A DNA stretch of 64,000 nucleotides from Alphaproteobacteria bacterium (GTDB lineage: Bacteria; Pseudomonadota; Alphaproteobacteria; Micropepsales; Micropepsaceae), in NCBI GenBank assembly GCA_046348525.1, contig JAXMEA010000014.1, forward strand, positions 678-64,677. The letters run 5' to 3'. Of the stretch, positions 53,108-61,679 are shown piece after piece. Under the pieces are notes generated by a model that ran no database searches, was not told the origin of the DNA, and was given only the letters and a program-made list of their open reading frames with translations. A program made the translations under genes and the position numbers. Within the stretch, counting starts at the first letter, position 1. Each line of letters begins with the position of its first letter.

Positions 53108-54037
53108 TCAGCCAGGCTGGACCGCGTCCCGCTTCTTCCATTTGTAAATGCGCTGGCTGTTGCGCCAGAAATATTTTTCGGCCTGTATACGAGGCCGCCC
53201 TGCGAAATAATCCCGCATCAAGGCCAAGGCTTGCGGGATTGTGGCCGTGCCCACGCTGTTGGGCCAGTCGCCGCCGAACATCACCCGGTCCTCGCCGAAC
53301 GCCGCGATTAGCTGGTCCAGCCGCCCACGCGGTGCCGTTACCGTGACGTTGTTTTCATCTTTGTGCATGACCTGGGAAATCTTGATGGCAAAGTTGGGCC
53401 GCTGCGCCAGCTCGCGGATCAGGGATTCATAAAGCCCCTGCTGGTCCGGCTTTGGGTCCAGCGACGGCATGTGATCCATCACAACCTGCAGGTCGGGCAC
53501 AGCATCCATTGCAAGCAATGCGCCGCGCAGAAGATCGAAGGACGGATTGGCCATGTCCAGCGTCTGTCCGGCCTGCGCCAACAGCTTCAGCCCTTCGGCC
53601 ATGCCGGGCTTGAGCACCTGCTTGCCGTTCTCCATCTGCCACACCCGCGCATAACGGATGCCGCGCCACAGCGGGTCTTTGGAAAAGCGGTTCAGATATT
53701 CGCCGAAATCGGGCTTTGACGGATCAAGGCTGCCGACCACGCCGACAAAAATGGGATCGGAATTGGCGCGCTCCAGAATCCACAGATTGTCTTCCACCCA
53801 GGGACTGGCCTCGACCACCACGGCGCCGACAATGCCGGTGCCCGGAATTTGGCGGCGGTAATTTTCCGGCAGCGCCATCTGCGGCGGCTGACCCTTGGGG
53901 CCCGCATAGGGCACGCCCTGCGGCCGGCCGGGGTCGAACAGATGAACATGGGTGTCGATGACCGGGATTGCGTCATCGGCAAAAACGGGCGCGGAGGCCA
54001 AAGCCGCCGCGCCCGCCAGGAATATCCTGCGCTGCAT
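53108..54037 (-). CDS. amidohydrolase_2 family (lactonase-like), Tat-exported
   Basis: QRRIFL signal; IDTHVH, MDH, KIS, FGGDWP. Confidence 0.85.
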   Translation of the reverse strand: MQRRIFLAGAAALASAPVFADDAIPVIDTHVHLFDPGRPQGVPYAGPKGQPPQMALPENYRRQIPGTGIVGAVVVEASPWVEDNLWILERANSDPIFVGVVGSLDPSKPDFGEYLNRFSKDPLWRGIRYARVWQMENGKQVLKPGMAEGLKLLAQAGQTLDMANPSFDLLRGALLAMDAVPDLQVVMDHMPSLDPKPDQQGLYESLIRELAQRPNFAIKISQVMHKDENNVTVTAPRGRLDQLIAAFGEDRVMFGGDWPNSVGTATIPQALALMRDYFAGRPRIQAEKYFWRNSQRIYKWKKRDAVQPG

Positions 54038-55071
54038 CAGTGCAGCGAGATCTTCTGCACCCGCCAGGCGCCCATTTCAGCGACGTACAGTTCATTGGCA
54101 GTGCGGCAATCAATGGCATTCACGCCATTGAATTCGCGCACCATGCGCCCGGCCCGGCCGAACTTGCCGGCCACCGTGCCATTCAGCTCCAGCTTGTAGA
54201 TTTCCCCACCCGCATCGATGTCGTTTACCGGATTGGAATTTGAAGCATAAAGATACTGGTGCGCGCCGGGCGAAATGCAAATCGCCTGGGCGTTGCCGGC
54301 CGAGGTGATGCTGCTCTTGAATATACCGTTGTTGTCGAACACCTGGATGCGATTGTTGCCGCGGTCGGCGACATAGACATTGCCGGCCGCATCCACCGCG
54401 ATGCTGTGGGCCGTCTTGAATTGGCCGTCACCAGTGCCGCGCGAACCCCAGCTTTTCACGAACACGCCGTCGGGGGTGAACTTGGCGACGCGGGCATTGC
54501 CGGTGCCATCGGCCACGAAGATGTTGCCATTACTGTCCCAGGCGACATCCGTGGGACCTTCAAACAGATCGGCCTGCATGCCGGAGGCCGGCGGGGCGCC
54601 CGCGGCGGCGCGGCCCATGTTGGGCGTGGCCGGCACTTCCACCGACTCGGGCTTCCTGCCCAGCATCAGCTTGATGCGCAGCTGGGGATCGAACTTGATC
54701 ACCATGCCGCTATAGGCATCGACGATCCAGACATTGTCATTCTTGTCCACCCGCACCGCGGCGGCGGCCAGGGCGCCATACAGGTTCTTGCCGACCGAGC
54801 GAACATATTTGCCGTTCTGGTCGAACTCGGTCAGCACAGAGCCGCCGCGCACGAAGGGCCGCGCGCCGCCCAGGGTCGCCACCGGCGTGCCGGTCCGCGA
54901 ATAGACAAAGACATGGCCCTTGGAATTGGTGGCCACGCCGGCGACGGCGCCGAAGAAAGTGTCCTTCGGCAATTGCAGCGTTTCGGACGCCGCATAATTG
55001 ATGTCCTGCGCGGCGGCGGGAACGGCCAGGCACGCGGCGGCGGCCAGCAGAAGGGTTGCGAGTTTTCTCAT
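54037..55071 (-). CDS. NHL-repeat beta-propeller (PAL-like) exported protein
   Basis: PTDVAWD, ADGTGNARV, HSIAVD, ADRGNNRIQVFD. Confidence 0.85.
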   Translation of the reverse strand: MRKLATLLLAAAACLAVPAAAQDINYAASETLQLPKDTFFGAVAGVATNSKGHVFVYSRTGTPVATLGGARPFVRGGSVLTEFDQNGKYVRSVGKNLYGALAAAAVRVDKNDNVWIVDAYSGMVIKFDPQLRIKLMLGRKPESVEVPATPNMGRAAAGAPPASGMQADLFEGPTDVAWDSNGNIFVADGTGNARVAKFTPDGVFVKSWGSRGTGDGQFKTAHSIAVDAAGNVYVADRGNNRIQVFDNNGIFKSSITSAGNAQAICISPGAHQYLYASNSNPVNDIDAGGEIYKLELNGTVAGKFGRAGRMVREFNGVNAIDCRTANELYVAEMGAWRVQKISLH

Positions 55072-55072
55072 C

Positions 55073-56110
55073 TTACTTGCTCCCCTTCAGGACGAACTTC
55101 TGCATGCGCCAGGATTCGATTTCGCCGGCAATGATTTCATTGGGATTGCGGCAGTCCATCATGTGAACCACCTGGAAGCCGGGCTCCAGCTTGCCGGCAT
55201 GGCCGAACTTGCCGATCACGGTGCCGTCCAGCTCCATCTTGTAGATCTGGCCGCCGATCTTCCAGCTGCCCGGCGGATTGCCGTTCGGGTTGGAGTTGGT
55301 GGCGAACAGATACTGGTGCGGACCTTCGGAAATGCAGGCCGACCAGGCGCTGCCGACATTGTTGTATGTCGTCTTCCATTTCAGGTTGTTGTCCAGCACG
55401 ACATAGCGGGCGTTGCCACGGTCGGCGACATAGACATTGCCCGCATGATCGACCTGCAATCCGTGCGGCAGGTTGTATTCGTTTTCGCCCTTGCCGACCT
55501 TCTCGCTGCCATTCTGCGCCAGGAAGCGGCCATTCTTGTCATACTTCACCACGCGGTTGTTGCAGTAGCCGTCGCTGATGAAGATGTTGTCCTGCATGTC
55601 CCAGGCGACATCGGTGGGGCGGCACAGCGTGTATTTTTCCGCCGGCGCGTTCGGACCCTTGGGCGAAGCGATCGGGCCCTGTGCCGCGTCCGGATGATGG
55701 CCGATCACCATCAGGACCTTGCTGCCGGTGGGATCGAACTTGACGACGGTGTTGGTGCCCTCGTCCACCGTCCAGATATTGTCGTGGCGATCGATGCGCA
55801 CCGAATGGGCGAACATGAAACCATAAAAGTCCTTGCCGATCTCACGGACGAACTTGCCGGTCTGGTCGAATTCCCACAGCCGCGTGTTGGGCCCACGGTG
55901 ATAGGCGAAGATATGGCCCTTGGAATTGGTGGCGATGCCTTGCATCTCGCCCAGATAATCGCCGGCCGGAATGCCGTGGAAGAAACCGGGCACGGCTTCA
56001 TAAGCCAGGTCCGGCGCGCTGCCATAAGCGGTGGCTGCGACCTGCGCGGATGCCGAGACGGCGCTGAGCAGCAAGGATGCGGCGGCTGCGGCCGCCAGAT
56101 ATGCCTTCAC
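55073..56110 (-). CDS. NHL-repeat beta-propeller (PAL-like) exported protein, paralog
   Basis: AHSVRID, RPTDVAWD, SDGYCNNRV, PHGLQVD, ADRGN; GTG start after GGAGG. Confidence 0.85.
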   Translation of the reverse strand: MKAYLAAAAAASLLLSAVSASAQVAATAYGSAPDLAYEAVPGFFHGIPAGDYLGEMQGIATNSKGHIFAYHRGPNTRLWEFDQTGKFVREIGKDFYGFMFAHSVRIDRHDNIWTVDEGTNTVVKFDPTGSKVLMVIGHHPDAAQGPIASPKGPNAPAEKYTLCRPTDVAWDMQDNIFISDGYCNNRVVKYDKNGRFLAQNGSEKVGKGENEYNLPHGLQVDHAGNVYVADRGNARYVVLDNNLKWKTTYNNVGSAWSACISEGPHQYLFATNSNPNGNPPGSWKIGGQIYKMELDGTVIGKFGHAGKLEPGFQVVHMMDCRNPNEIIAGEIESWRMQKFVLKGSK

Positions 56111-56174
56111 GAGAACCTCCCCAATAAGCCGCGCTCCTGGCGCCAAGCTTGCGGGGGAACTCTATATAGCAAAG

Positions 56175-56202
56175 CGGCCGGGGTGCGAAGGCACCCCGGC
56201 CG
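56175..56202 (-). terminator. hairpin/terminator candidate
   Basis: CGGCCGGGGTGC-GAAG-GCACCCCGGCCG perfect 12-bp stem. Confidence 0.55.
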
Positions 56203-56229
56203 TGCTCGAAAGATTTACGCTGCGCTGCA

Positions 56230-56472
56230 CTAATTGGGATCGTGCATCGGCGGCGGGGCCTTGACCTTGCTTTTCTTCAGCGTGGATTTGCTGGGCTGGG
56301 TCGAAGTTGCATCCATCTTGGGCTTGTTGCCGGCTGGCGCGGGGCCAGCGACGCCGACCACGGACTGTTCGTTGGTTGTCTTGCCGGTCGATGTCACCGT
56401 CTTGGCGTGCGAGGCCGCGACGATACCGAGCGAAACGACAGCAACCACGACGAATACGGCGATGGGTTTCAT
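56230..56472 (-). CDS. small exported hypothetical protein
   Basis: AGGAG RBS; signal peptide MKPIAVFVVV..ASHA; low-complexity mature part. Confidence 0.6.
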   Translation of the reverse strand: MKPIAVFVVVAVVSLGIVAASHAKTVTSTGKTTNEQSVVGVAGPAPAGNKPKMDATSTQPSKSTLKKSKVKAPPPMHDPN

Positions 56473-56542
56473 GACCTGCTCCTGTGTTGCATGAATAACC
56501 GGCAAGCACGCAGCTTCGTTCCGCGGCTGGGCACGGAACCCA

Positions 56543-56639
56543 GCGCGAGGATTTTTGACCGTTGAGAAGGAGCGTCGCGCGGAGCGTGCTTAACGCACGT
56601 GAGCACGCGCGACGCACTCAGCGGTCAAAAAGACCGCGC
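56543..56639. repeat. ~95-bp nested palindromic element (RPE/REP-like miniature element)
   Basis: TTTTTGACCGTTGAG/CTCAGCGGTCAAAAA, GCGTCGCGCG/CGCGCGACGC and CGTGC-TTAAC-GCACG stems. Confidence 0.65.
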
Positions 56640-56641
56640 GT

Positions 56642-57214
56642 TCATTTTTTCAGCGTCGGCTTGCCTTCGTGCGCGACAAGCAAGTCGTGCATGTCATCGG
56701 CATGTTCTTCCTCGACGGTCAGGATACCTTCGATCATCACGCGGGTACCCGGATCGTCATCGCCGAAATAGCGGATCAGTTCGCGGTAATGATCGACCGC
56801 GATGCGTTCGGCGATCAGGTTTTCCTTGATCAGTTCGACCAGGTTGCCGCCTTGCGAATATTGCGAGGCCGAACGCGTCAGAAGACCTTCGGGATTGAAG
56901 TTGGGTTCACCGCCCAGCTGGTTGATGCGTTCGGCGACCTGTTCGACATGCTGCCATTCTTCCTTGGCGTGCTCGGCGAATTCGGCCTTCACGCCTTCGC
57001 TGGAAATGCCATGGGCGGCGATGGCGTGCTGGGTATAGCGCAGAGAGCAAACGATTTCAGTGGCCAGCACCGACTGCAGGATTTCGATGGTCTTGTTTAC
57101 GTCACCGACATAATTGGTGCCGATGGCGCCATCATTGAGGTTCTTGCGCGCGCGGTCGCGCAGCGTCTGAACGTCGGAAAGAAACGGCTTTTGAACGTTG
57201 GCGGCCTGGCCCAT
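56642..57214 (-). CDS. ferritin-like (bacterioferritin/Dps-like) protein
   Basis: ATEIVC.LRY, EEWQH, ERINQLGG, AERIA, EEEHADD di-iron pattern; AGGAGG RBS. Confidence 0.88.
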   Translation of the reverse strand: MGQAANVQKPFLSDVQTLRDRARKNLNDGAIGTNYVGDVNKTIEILQSVLATEIVCSLRYTQHAIAAHGISSEGVKAEFAEHAKEEWQHVEQVAERINQLGGEPNFNPEGLLTRSASQYSQGGNLVELIKENLIAERIAVDHYRELIRYFGDDDPGTRVMIEGILTVEEEHADDMHDLLVAHEGKPTLKK

Positions 57215-57272
57215 GAAATACCTCCTGGCTATAGCCGCGATAACGGCTGCCGGAGGTGAAAGTTCCACGGGC

Positions 57273-57521
57273 TCAGATGGCGATGATGATGTCTTCGTTC
57301 AACGAACAACCGCCTTCGATCGAGGCGGGCGTGGGCTCCAGTTCGTCCGAGAAAGGCACGGTTTCCATGCTGTCCAGGCAGAAGGAGCCGGTGTCGTCCG
57401 AAGATTGCTCCACTACCGGCACCACGTGCGTCTTGATCGTATCGGCGGCAGCCAAATTCGAACCGGCGACCAGGAGGATCGCGGCACAACAACTCACAAA
57501 CCGGCTTTGTATCCGTTTCAT
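57273..57521 (-). CDS. small hypothetical exported protein
   Basis: Signal-peptide-like N-terminus, acidic C-terminus. Confidence 0.45.
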   Translation of the reverse strand: MKRIQSRFVSCCAAILLVAGSNLAAADTIKTHVVPVVEQSSDDTGSFCLDSMETVPFSDELEPTPASIEGGCSLNEDIIIAI

Positions 57522-57716
57522 CGCGACAGCCCATGTTGCAGGCCCTGCGCGTCCGCCCCCGGACGTATCCGCAAGACTCTGTATGCCGATATTGTGACAT
57601 ACTTTTTGCATCGCAGCATCAGGAATCCTGGTTCCCGAACGCGGCAAACTGACCAGCAATCACAGGACGAAGGGTTCCCAATCTGCTAGGGAGTCGGAAC
57701 GCCCGGGGATGACACC

Positions 57717-60700
57717 ATGAAAAAACTGCTGCTTTCCGCCGTCCTGCTTCTCGCTGCTGCAAGTTCCGCCATTGCGGCGCCGGGAACTTCCGCTTTCACC
57801 ACCAAGCTGGATGATCCGCGCGCGGTGCAGCTGACCGGCGCGGTGGGCGACGGCAAGGCCGATGACAGCGCCGCCATCCAGGCGGCCATCGACAAGGCGG
57901 CTTCCGACCGCGAGGAAGGCATCGTCTTTATCCCCCAGGGCCGCTACCGCATCAGCCGCACCATCTATGTGTGGCCTGCGGTGCGGGTGATCGGCTGGGG
58001 CAAGACCCGCCCGGTGTTCGTTTTGGGAGACAACACGCCCGGCTATTCCAGGGGCGTGGCCGCCATGGTGATCTTTGCGGGCTTTCGCCTGGGCGCCAGC
58101 GACAGTTCACGTCCCGAACGGCCGGGATTTCGCGTGCCCTTCCCGCCGCCGGACAGCGTGCCGGCCAACCCGAAAATCGCCGACGCCAATCCGGGCACTT
58201 TCTATTCGGCAATGAGCAACATCGATTTCGAGATCGGCCAGGGCAACGCGGGCGCGGTGGGCATCCGCTTCCATGGCGCGCAGCATGACTATCTCAGCCA
58301 CATGGACTTCCACATCGGCTCCGGGCTGGCAGGCATTCATCAGGTCGCCAATGAAGCCGAGGATTTGCGCTTCTTTGGCGGCCGTTATGGCATCCTGGCC
58401 GAGAAGCCTTCGCCCGCCTGGCAGTTCACGCTGATCGACAGCCAGTTCGACGGCCAACGCGAGGCGGCGATCCGCGAGCATGAAGCCTCGCTGACATTGG
58501 TGAATGTGGCATTCCGCAATGTGCCGGTCGGCATCGACATCGATCCGGATTATTCCGACTGGCTGTTCGCCAAGGATACGCGCTTCGAGAATGTCTCCAA
58601 GGCCGCCGTCATCGTCAGCAACGAAAAGAACATCTACACCCAGATCGGCTTTGAAGATGCCGTGGCGAGCGGCACGCCAGTGTTTGCCCGCTTCCGTGAG
58701 AGCGGCAAGACCCTGGGTTCCGGCGGCAACTACAAGGTCAAGGCCTTCAACCATGGCCTGATCCTGAAGGCGCCGGGCACGTTGGGCGAAACCGGCACGA
58801 TTTGGGACGCCGCGCCACTGTCGTCGCTGCCGCGCGCCCTGCCGCCGGCTATCCGCCCGCTGCCGCCAACCACGCAATGGGTGAACATCCGCAGCCTGGG
58901 CGTGAAGGGCGACGGCAAGACCGACGACACCGCCGCCATCCAGCATGCCATCGACACCACGCGCGTGCTGTATGTGCCCAGCGGCCGCTACATCGTGCAT
59001 GACACGATCAAGCTAAAGCCCAGCACGGTGCTGATCGGGCTGCACCCCTCCATCACCCAGTTCGACCTGCCCGACAACACGCCGGGCTTTGCCGGTGTCG
59101 GCGCACCCAAGGCGCTGCTGGAAACCCCGCGCGGCGGCGACAATATCGTGTCGGGCATCGGCCTGTTCACCGGCGGCATCAATCCGCGCGCCGTGGAAGC
59201 CCTGTGGCAGTCGGGTGAGCACTCACTGATGAATGACGTGCGTTTCCTGGGCGGGCACGGCACCAACAACCCCGATGGTTCGCGCTGGGACCCTTACAAC
59301 GACACCCACAGCGCCGATCGCGACATCCACAAGCGATGGGACGGGCAATATCCCTCCTTGTGGGTGACCAATGGCGGCGGTGGCACCTTCGTGAACCTGT
59401 GGTCGGTGGATACCTATGCCCAATCGGGCATGCTGGTGTCGGACACCAAGACGCCGGGCAAGGTCTATGAAATGTCCATCGAACATCATGTGCGAACCGA
59501 ATTCGCGCTGAACCGGGTGGAGAATTGGGCCTTTTATGCGCCCCAGACCGAGGAAGAAGCCGGCGAAAGCCAGGAAGCGGTGTCGTTCGAGATTTCCAAT
59601 TCGAAGAACATCACCTTGGCCAACTGGCATGCCTATCGCGTCACCCGCAATCCCAAACCAGTGGACACGGCGCTGCGGCTGTACAATTCCTCGGACATCC
59701 GCCTGCGCAACGTGCATGTGAATGCGGAAAGCGGGCTGGGCACGTGTGACGCCAATGGCTGCGGCACCTATCTGCGCGCCAGCAAGTTCCCGATGGAAAA
59801 TTCCATCCGCGACATAACGCACAAGATCGACACCCGCGAACGGGAATTCGCGGTTCTGGATTATCCCGCCGCGCCCGCCAAACCCGCAGTGCGCGACATG
59901 GGCGCGAAAGTGGAGAAGCTGGAAGACGGCTTCTATTCCATCTCCGGCGCGGCGGTGGATGCCAAGGGCAAGCTCTACTTCGTCGACAAGCACCAGCAGC
60001 GCATCTATGGCTGGTCACGCGAAGAAGGCTTGAGCGTCGAGCGCGACAATCCCACCGATCCGGTGAACCTGGCCATAGACAGATCCGGCAACATGCTGGT
60101 GCTGTCGTCGCTGGGCGCGGAAGGCACGGTCTATACCTTCAAGCCTGGCTCGCCTGCGACGGAATTGACGGTGATCCCGGCCACGCCGGTCACCGCCCAT
60201 CCGGGCGCCACTGCAATCCTGCCGGTGAACTACTGGAACAATGGCGAGTTCAAGGACCAGCTGGATCCGGACACCTATCGCTACACCACCCTGACCGAGA
60301 TGTTCGCCCGCGACATGGCGGCGCCCAAGGCCAAAGAATATGTCTCGCCCGATGGCAGCCTGTTCTTGCCGGCGGCGCGTACCTTCCAGCAGGGCCCGCC
60401 GGATGGTGTGGGCTGGCGCTTCTCGGACAATCTGGACACTTACGGCTTCACCAAGGCGGCGCCTGGTAGCCGGGTCTTTGTCAGCAATGAATCCGAAGGG
60501 CGCACCTATAGCGGCCTGGTGGGCTCGAACGGCAGCGTCACCGACCTGAAGCTGTTTGCGGACCGGGGCGGCGAAAGCGTGGCGGTGGCCGCGAACGGTA
60601 ATGTGTATCTCGCCAATGGCCAGGTCCTGGTCTATGCGCCGGATGGCAAGGAGCTCGGGCGCATCGACGTGCCCGAGCGGCCGCTGCAACTGGTGTTCGG

Positions 60701-60764
60701 CGGCAATGATGGACGAACCTTGTTCATCCTCACCCACCACGCGCTCTACGCGGTCAGGACATAA
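57717..60764 (+). CDS. exported pectate-lyase-3/GH55-like beta-helix protein fused to an SMP-30/gluconolactonase-like domain
   Basis: Two GDGKxDDxAAIQxAID..P.GRY repeats; C-terminal propeller ending VFGGNDGRTLFI. Confidence 0.8.
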   Translation: MKKLLLSAVLLLAAASSAIAAPGTSAFTTKLDDPRAVQLTGAVGDGKADDSAAIQAAIDKAASDREEGIVFIPQGRYRISRTIYVWPAVRVIGWGKTRPVFVLGDNTPGYSRGVAAMVIFAGFRLGASDSSRPERPGFRVPFPPPDSVPANPKIADANPGTFYSAMSNIDFEIGQGNAGAVGIRFHGAQHDYLSHMDFHIGSGLAGIHQVANEAEDLRFFGGRYGILAEKPSPAWQFTLIDSQFDGQREAAIREHEASLTLVNVAFRNVPVGIDIDPDYSDWLFAKDTRFENVSKAAVIVSNEKNIYTQIGFEDAVASGTPVFARFRESGKTLGSGGNYKVKAFNHGLILKAPGTLGETGTIWDAAPLSSLPRALPPAIRPLPPTTQWVNIRSLGVKGDGKTDDTAAIQHAIDTTRVLYVPSGRYIVHDTIKLKPSTVLIGLHPSITQFDLPDNTPGFAGVGAPKALLETPRGGDNIVSGIGLFTGGINPRAVEALWQSGEHSLMNDVRFLGGHGTNNPDGSRWDPYNDTHSADRDIHKRWDGQYPSLWVTNGGGGTFVNLWSVDTYAQSGMLVSDTKTPGKVYEMSIEHHVRTEFALNRVENWAFYAPQTEEEAGESQEAVSFEISNSKNITLANWHAYRVTRNPKPVDTALRLYNSSDIRLRNVHVNAESGLGTCDANGCGTYLRASKFPMENSIRDITHKIDTREREFAVLDYPAAPAKPAVRDMGAKVEKLEDGFYSISGAAVDAKGKLYFVDKHQQRIYGWSREEGLSVERDNPTDPVNLAIDRSGNMLVLSSLGAEGTVYTFKPGSPATELTVIPATPVTAHPGATAILPVNYWNNGEFKDQLDPDTYRYTTLTEMFARDMAAPKAKEYVSPDGSLFLPAARTFQQGPPDGVGWRFSDNLDTYGFTKAAPGSRVFVSNESEGRTYSGLVGSNGSVTDLKLFADRGGESVAVAANGNVYLANGQVLVYAPDGKELGRIDVPERPLQLVFGGNDGRTLFILTHHALYAVRT

Positions 60765-60799
60765 AAAAAGCCCGCCCTTTGCGGCGGGCTTTTTCTTTT
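60764..60799. terminator. bidirectional Rho-independent terminator
   Basis: AAAAAAAGCCCGCC-CTTTGC-GGCGGGCTTTTTCTTT. Confidence 0.85.
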
Positions 60800-61664
60800 A
60801 CAGCTTGCCCTTCAGGTATTGGGCGCTGGCCTGCACCATGCCAATGGGTGACGGCACATAGGGCTCTTCGATTTCCAGGAAGGCGGTCTTGACGGCCGCT
60901 TTCTTCACCGCCGGCAGGATCTTGGTGTAGTCGGCGATTCCCTGCCCGATAATGGCGCTGTCCATCTTGCCGTTGGTGTTGGGAATGCCGTCGGCCTTGA
61001 GGTCCTTGATATGGACCGAGGCGAAACGCTTTGGATACTTGGTCAGATAAGCGACCGGGTCGGCGCCGGCAGCGATCACCCAGCCGATGTCCATCTCATA
61101 TCCGACAAGCGCCGGATCGGTATTCTGGATCAGGTAATCCAGCGGCACCACGTCACCGACCTTGCGGAATTCGATATTGTGGTTGTGGTGGTTGAAGGTC
61201 ATTCCCGCCGCCTTGCACATCGCGCCAATCTTGTTGAAGGCGTCGGCATTCTGCTTCCAGCCGTCCAGGCCGGGGCCGGACATGATGGCGCCGCGATCGA
61301 CCGGATAGAGCGGGAAGGAACAGGTGATGTTCTTGATCCCCACGCTCTTGGCTTCGGCAATGGTGGCCTCGGGGGTTTTGCGCAGCGCGTCACCGCCGGC
61401 ATGGATGCTTTCCCACTTCAGGCCCATGGCGTCATACAGCTTGCGCTGGTCGGCGGAGTTCTTGCCCGCCATGGTCAGGTTCGCCTGCACCTCGCGCACG
61501 CCGGCAGCCTTCACCAGCTTCATGGTGCCTTCGTAATCCTTGGCCAGGTCGGCGCGCACCGTATAGAGCTGCAGGCCAAGCGGGATGTGTCGCTGCGCGA
61601 AAGCGGCGGGACCGGAGGCGGCGAGTGCGGCGGCACCCAGGAGGAAATTGCGGCGGGTCGTCAT
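60798..61664 (-). CDS. sugar phosphate isomerase/epimerase (AP endonuclease 2 TIM barrel), Tat-exported
   Basis: TRRNFL signal; GLQLYTVR, HNHNIEF, EMDIGW, HIKD, EIE. Confidence 0.88.
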   Translation of the reverse strand: MTTRRNFLLGAAALAASGPAAFAQRHIPLGLQLYTVRADLAKDYEGTMKLVKAAGVREVQANLTMAGKNSADQRKLYDAMGLKWESIHAGGDALRKTPEATIAEAKSVGIKNITCSFPLYPVDRGAIMSGPGLDGWKQNADAFNKIGAMCKAAGMTFNHHNHNIEFRKVGDVVPLDYLIQNTDPALVGYEMDIGWVIAAGADPVAYLTKYPKRFASVHIKDLKADGIPNTNGKMDSAIIGQGIADYTKILPAVKKAAVKTAFLEIEEPYVPSPIGMVQASAQYLKGKL

Positions 61665-61679
61665 GTCAGGCTCCCTGTT

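Noticed and set aside
56642..57214. Ferritin-like protein as encapsulin cargo
   Set aside because: No encapsulin gene nearby and no recognisable targeting peptide.
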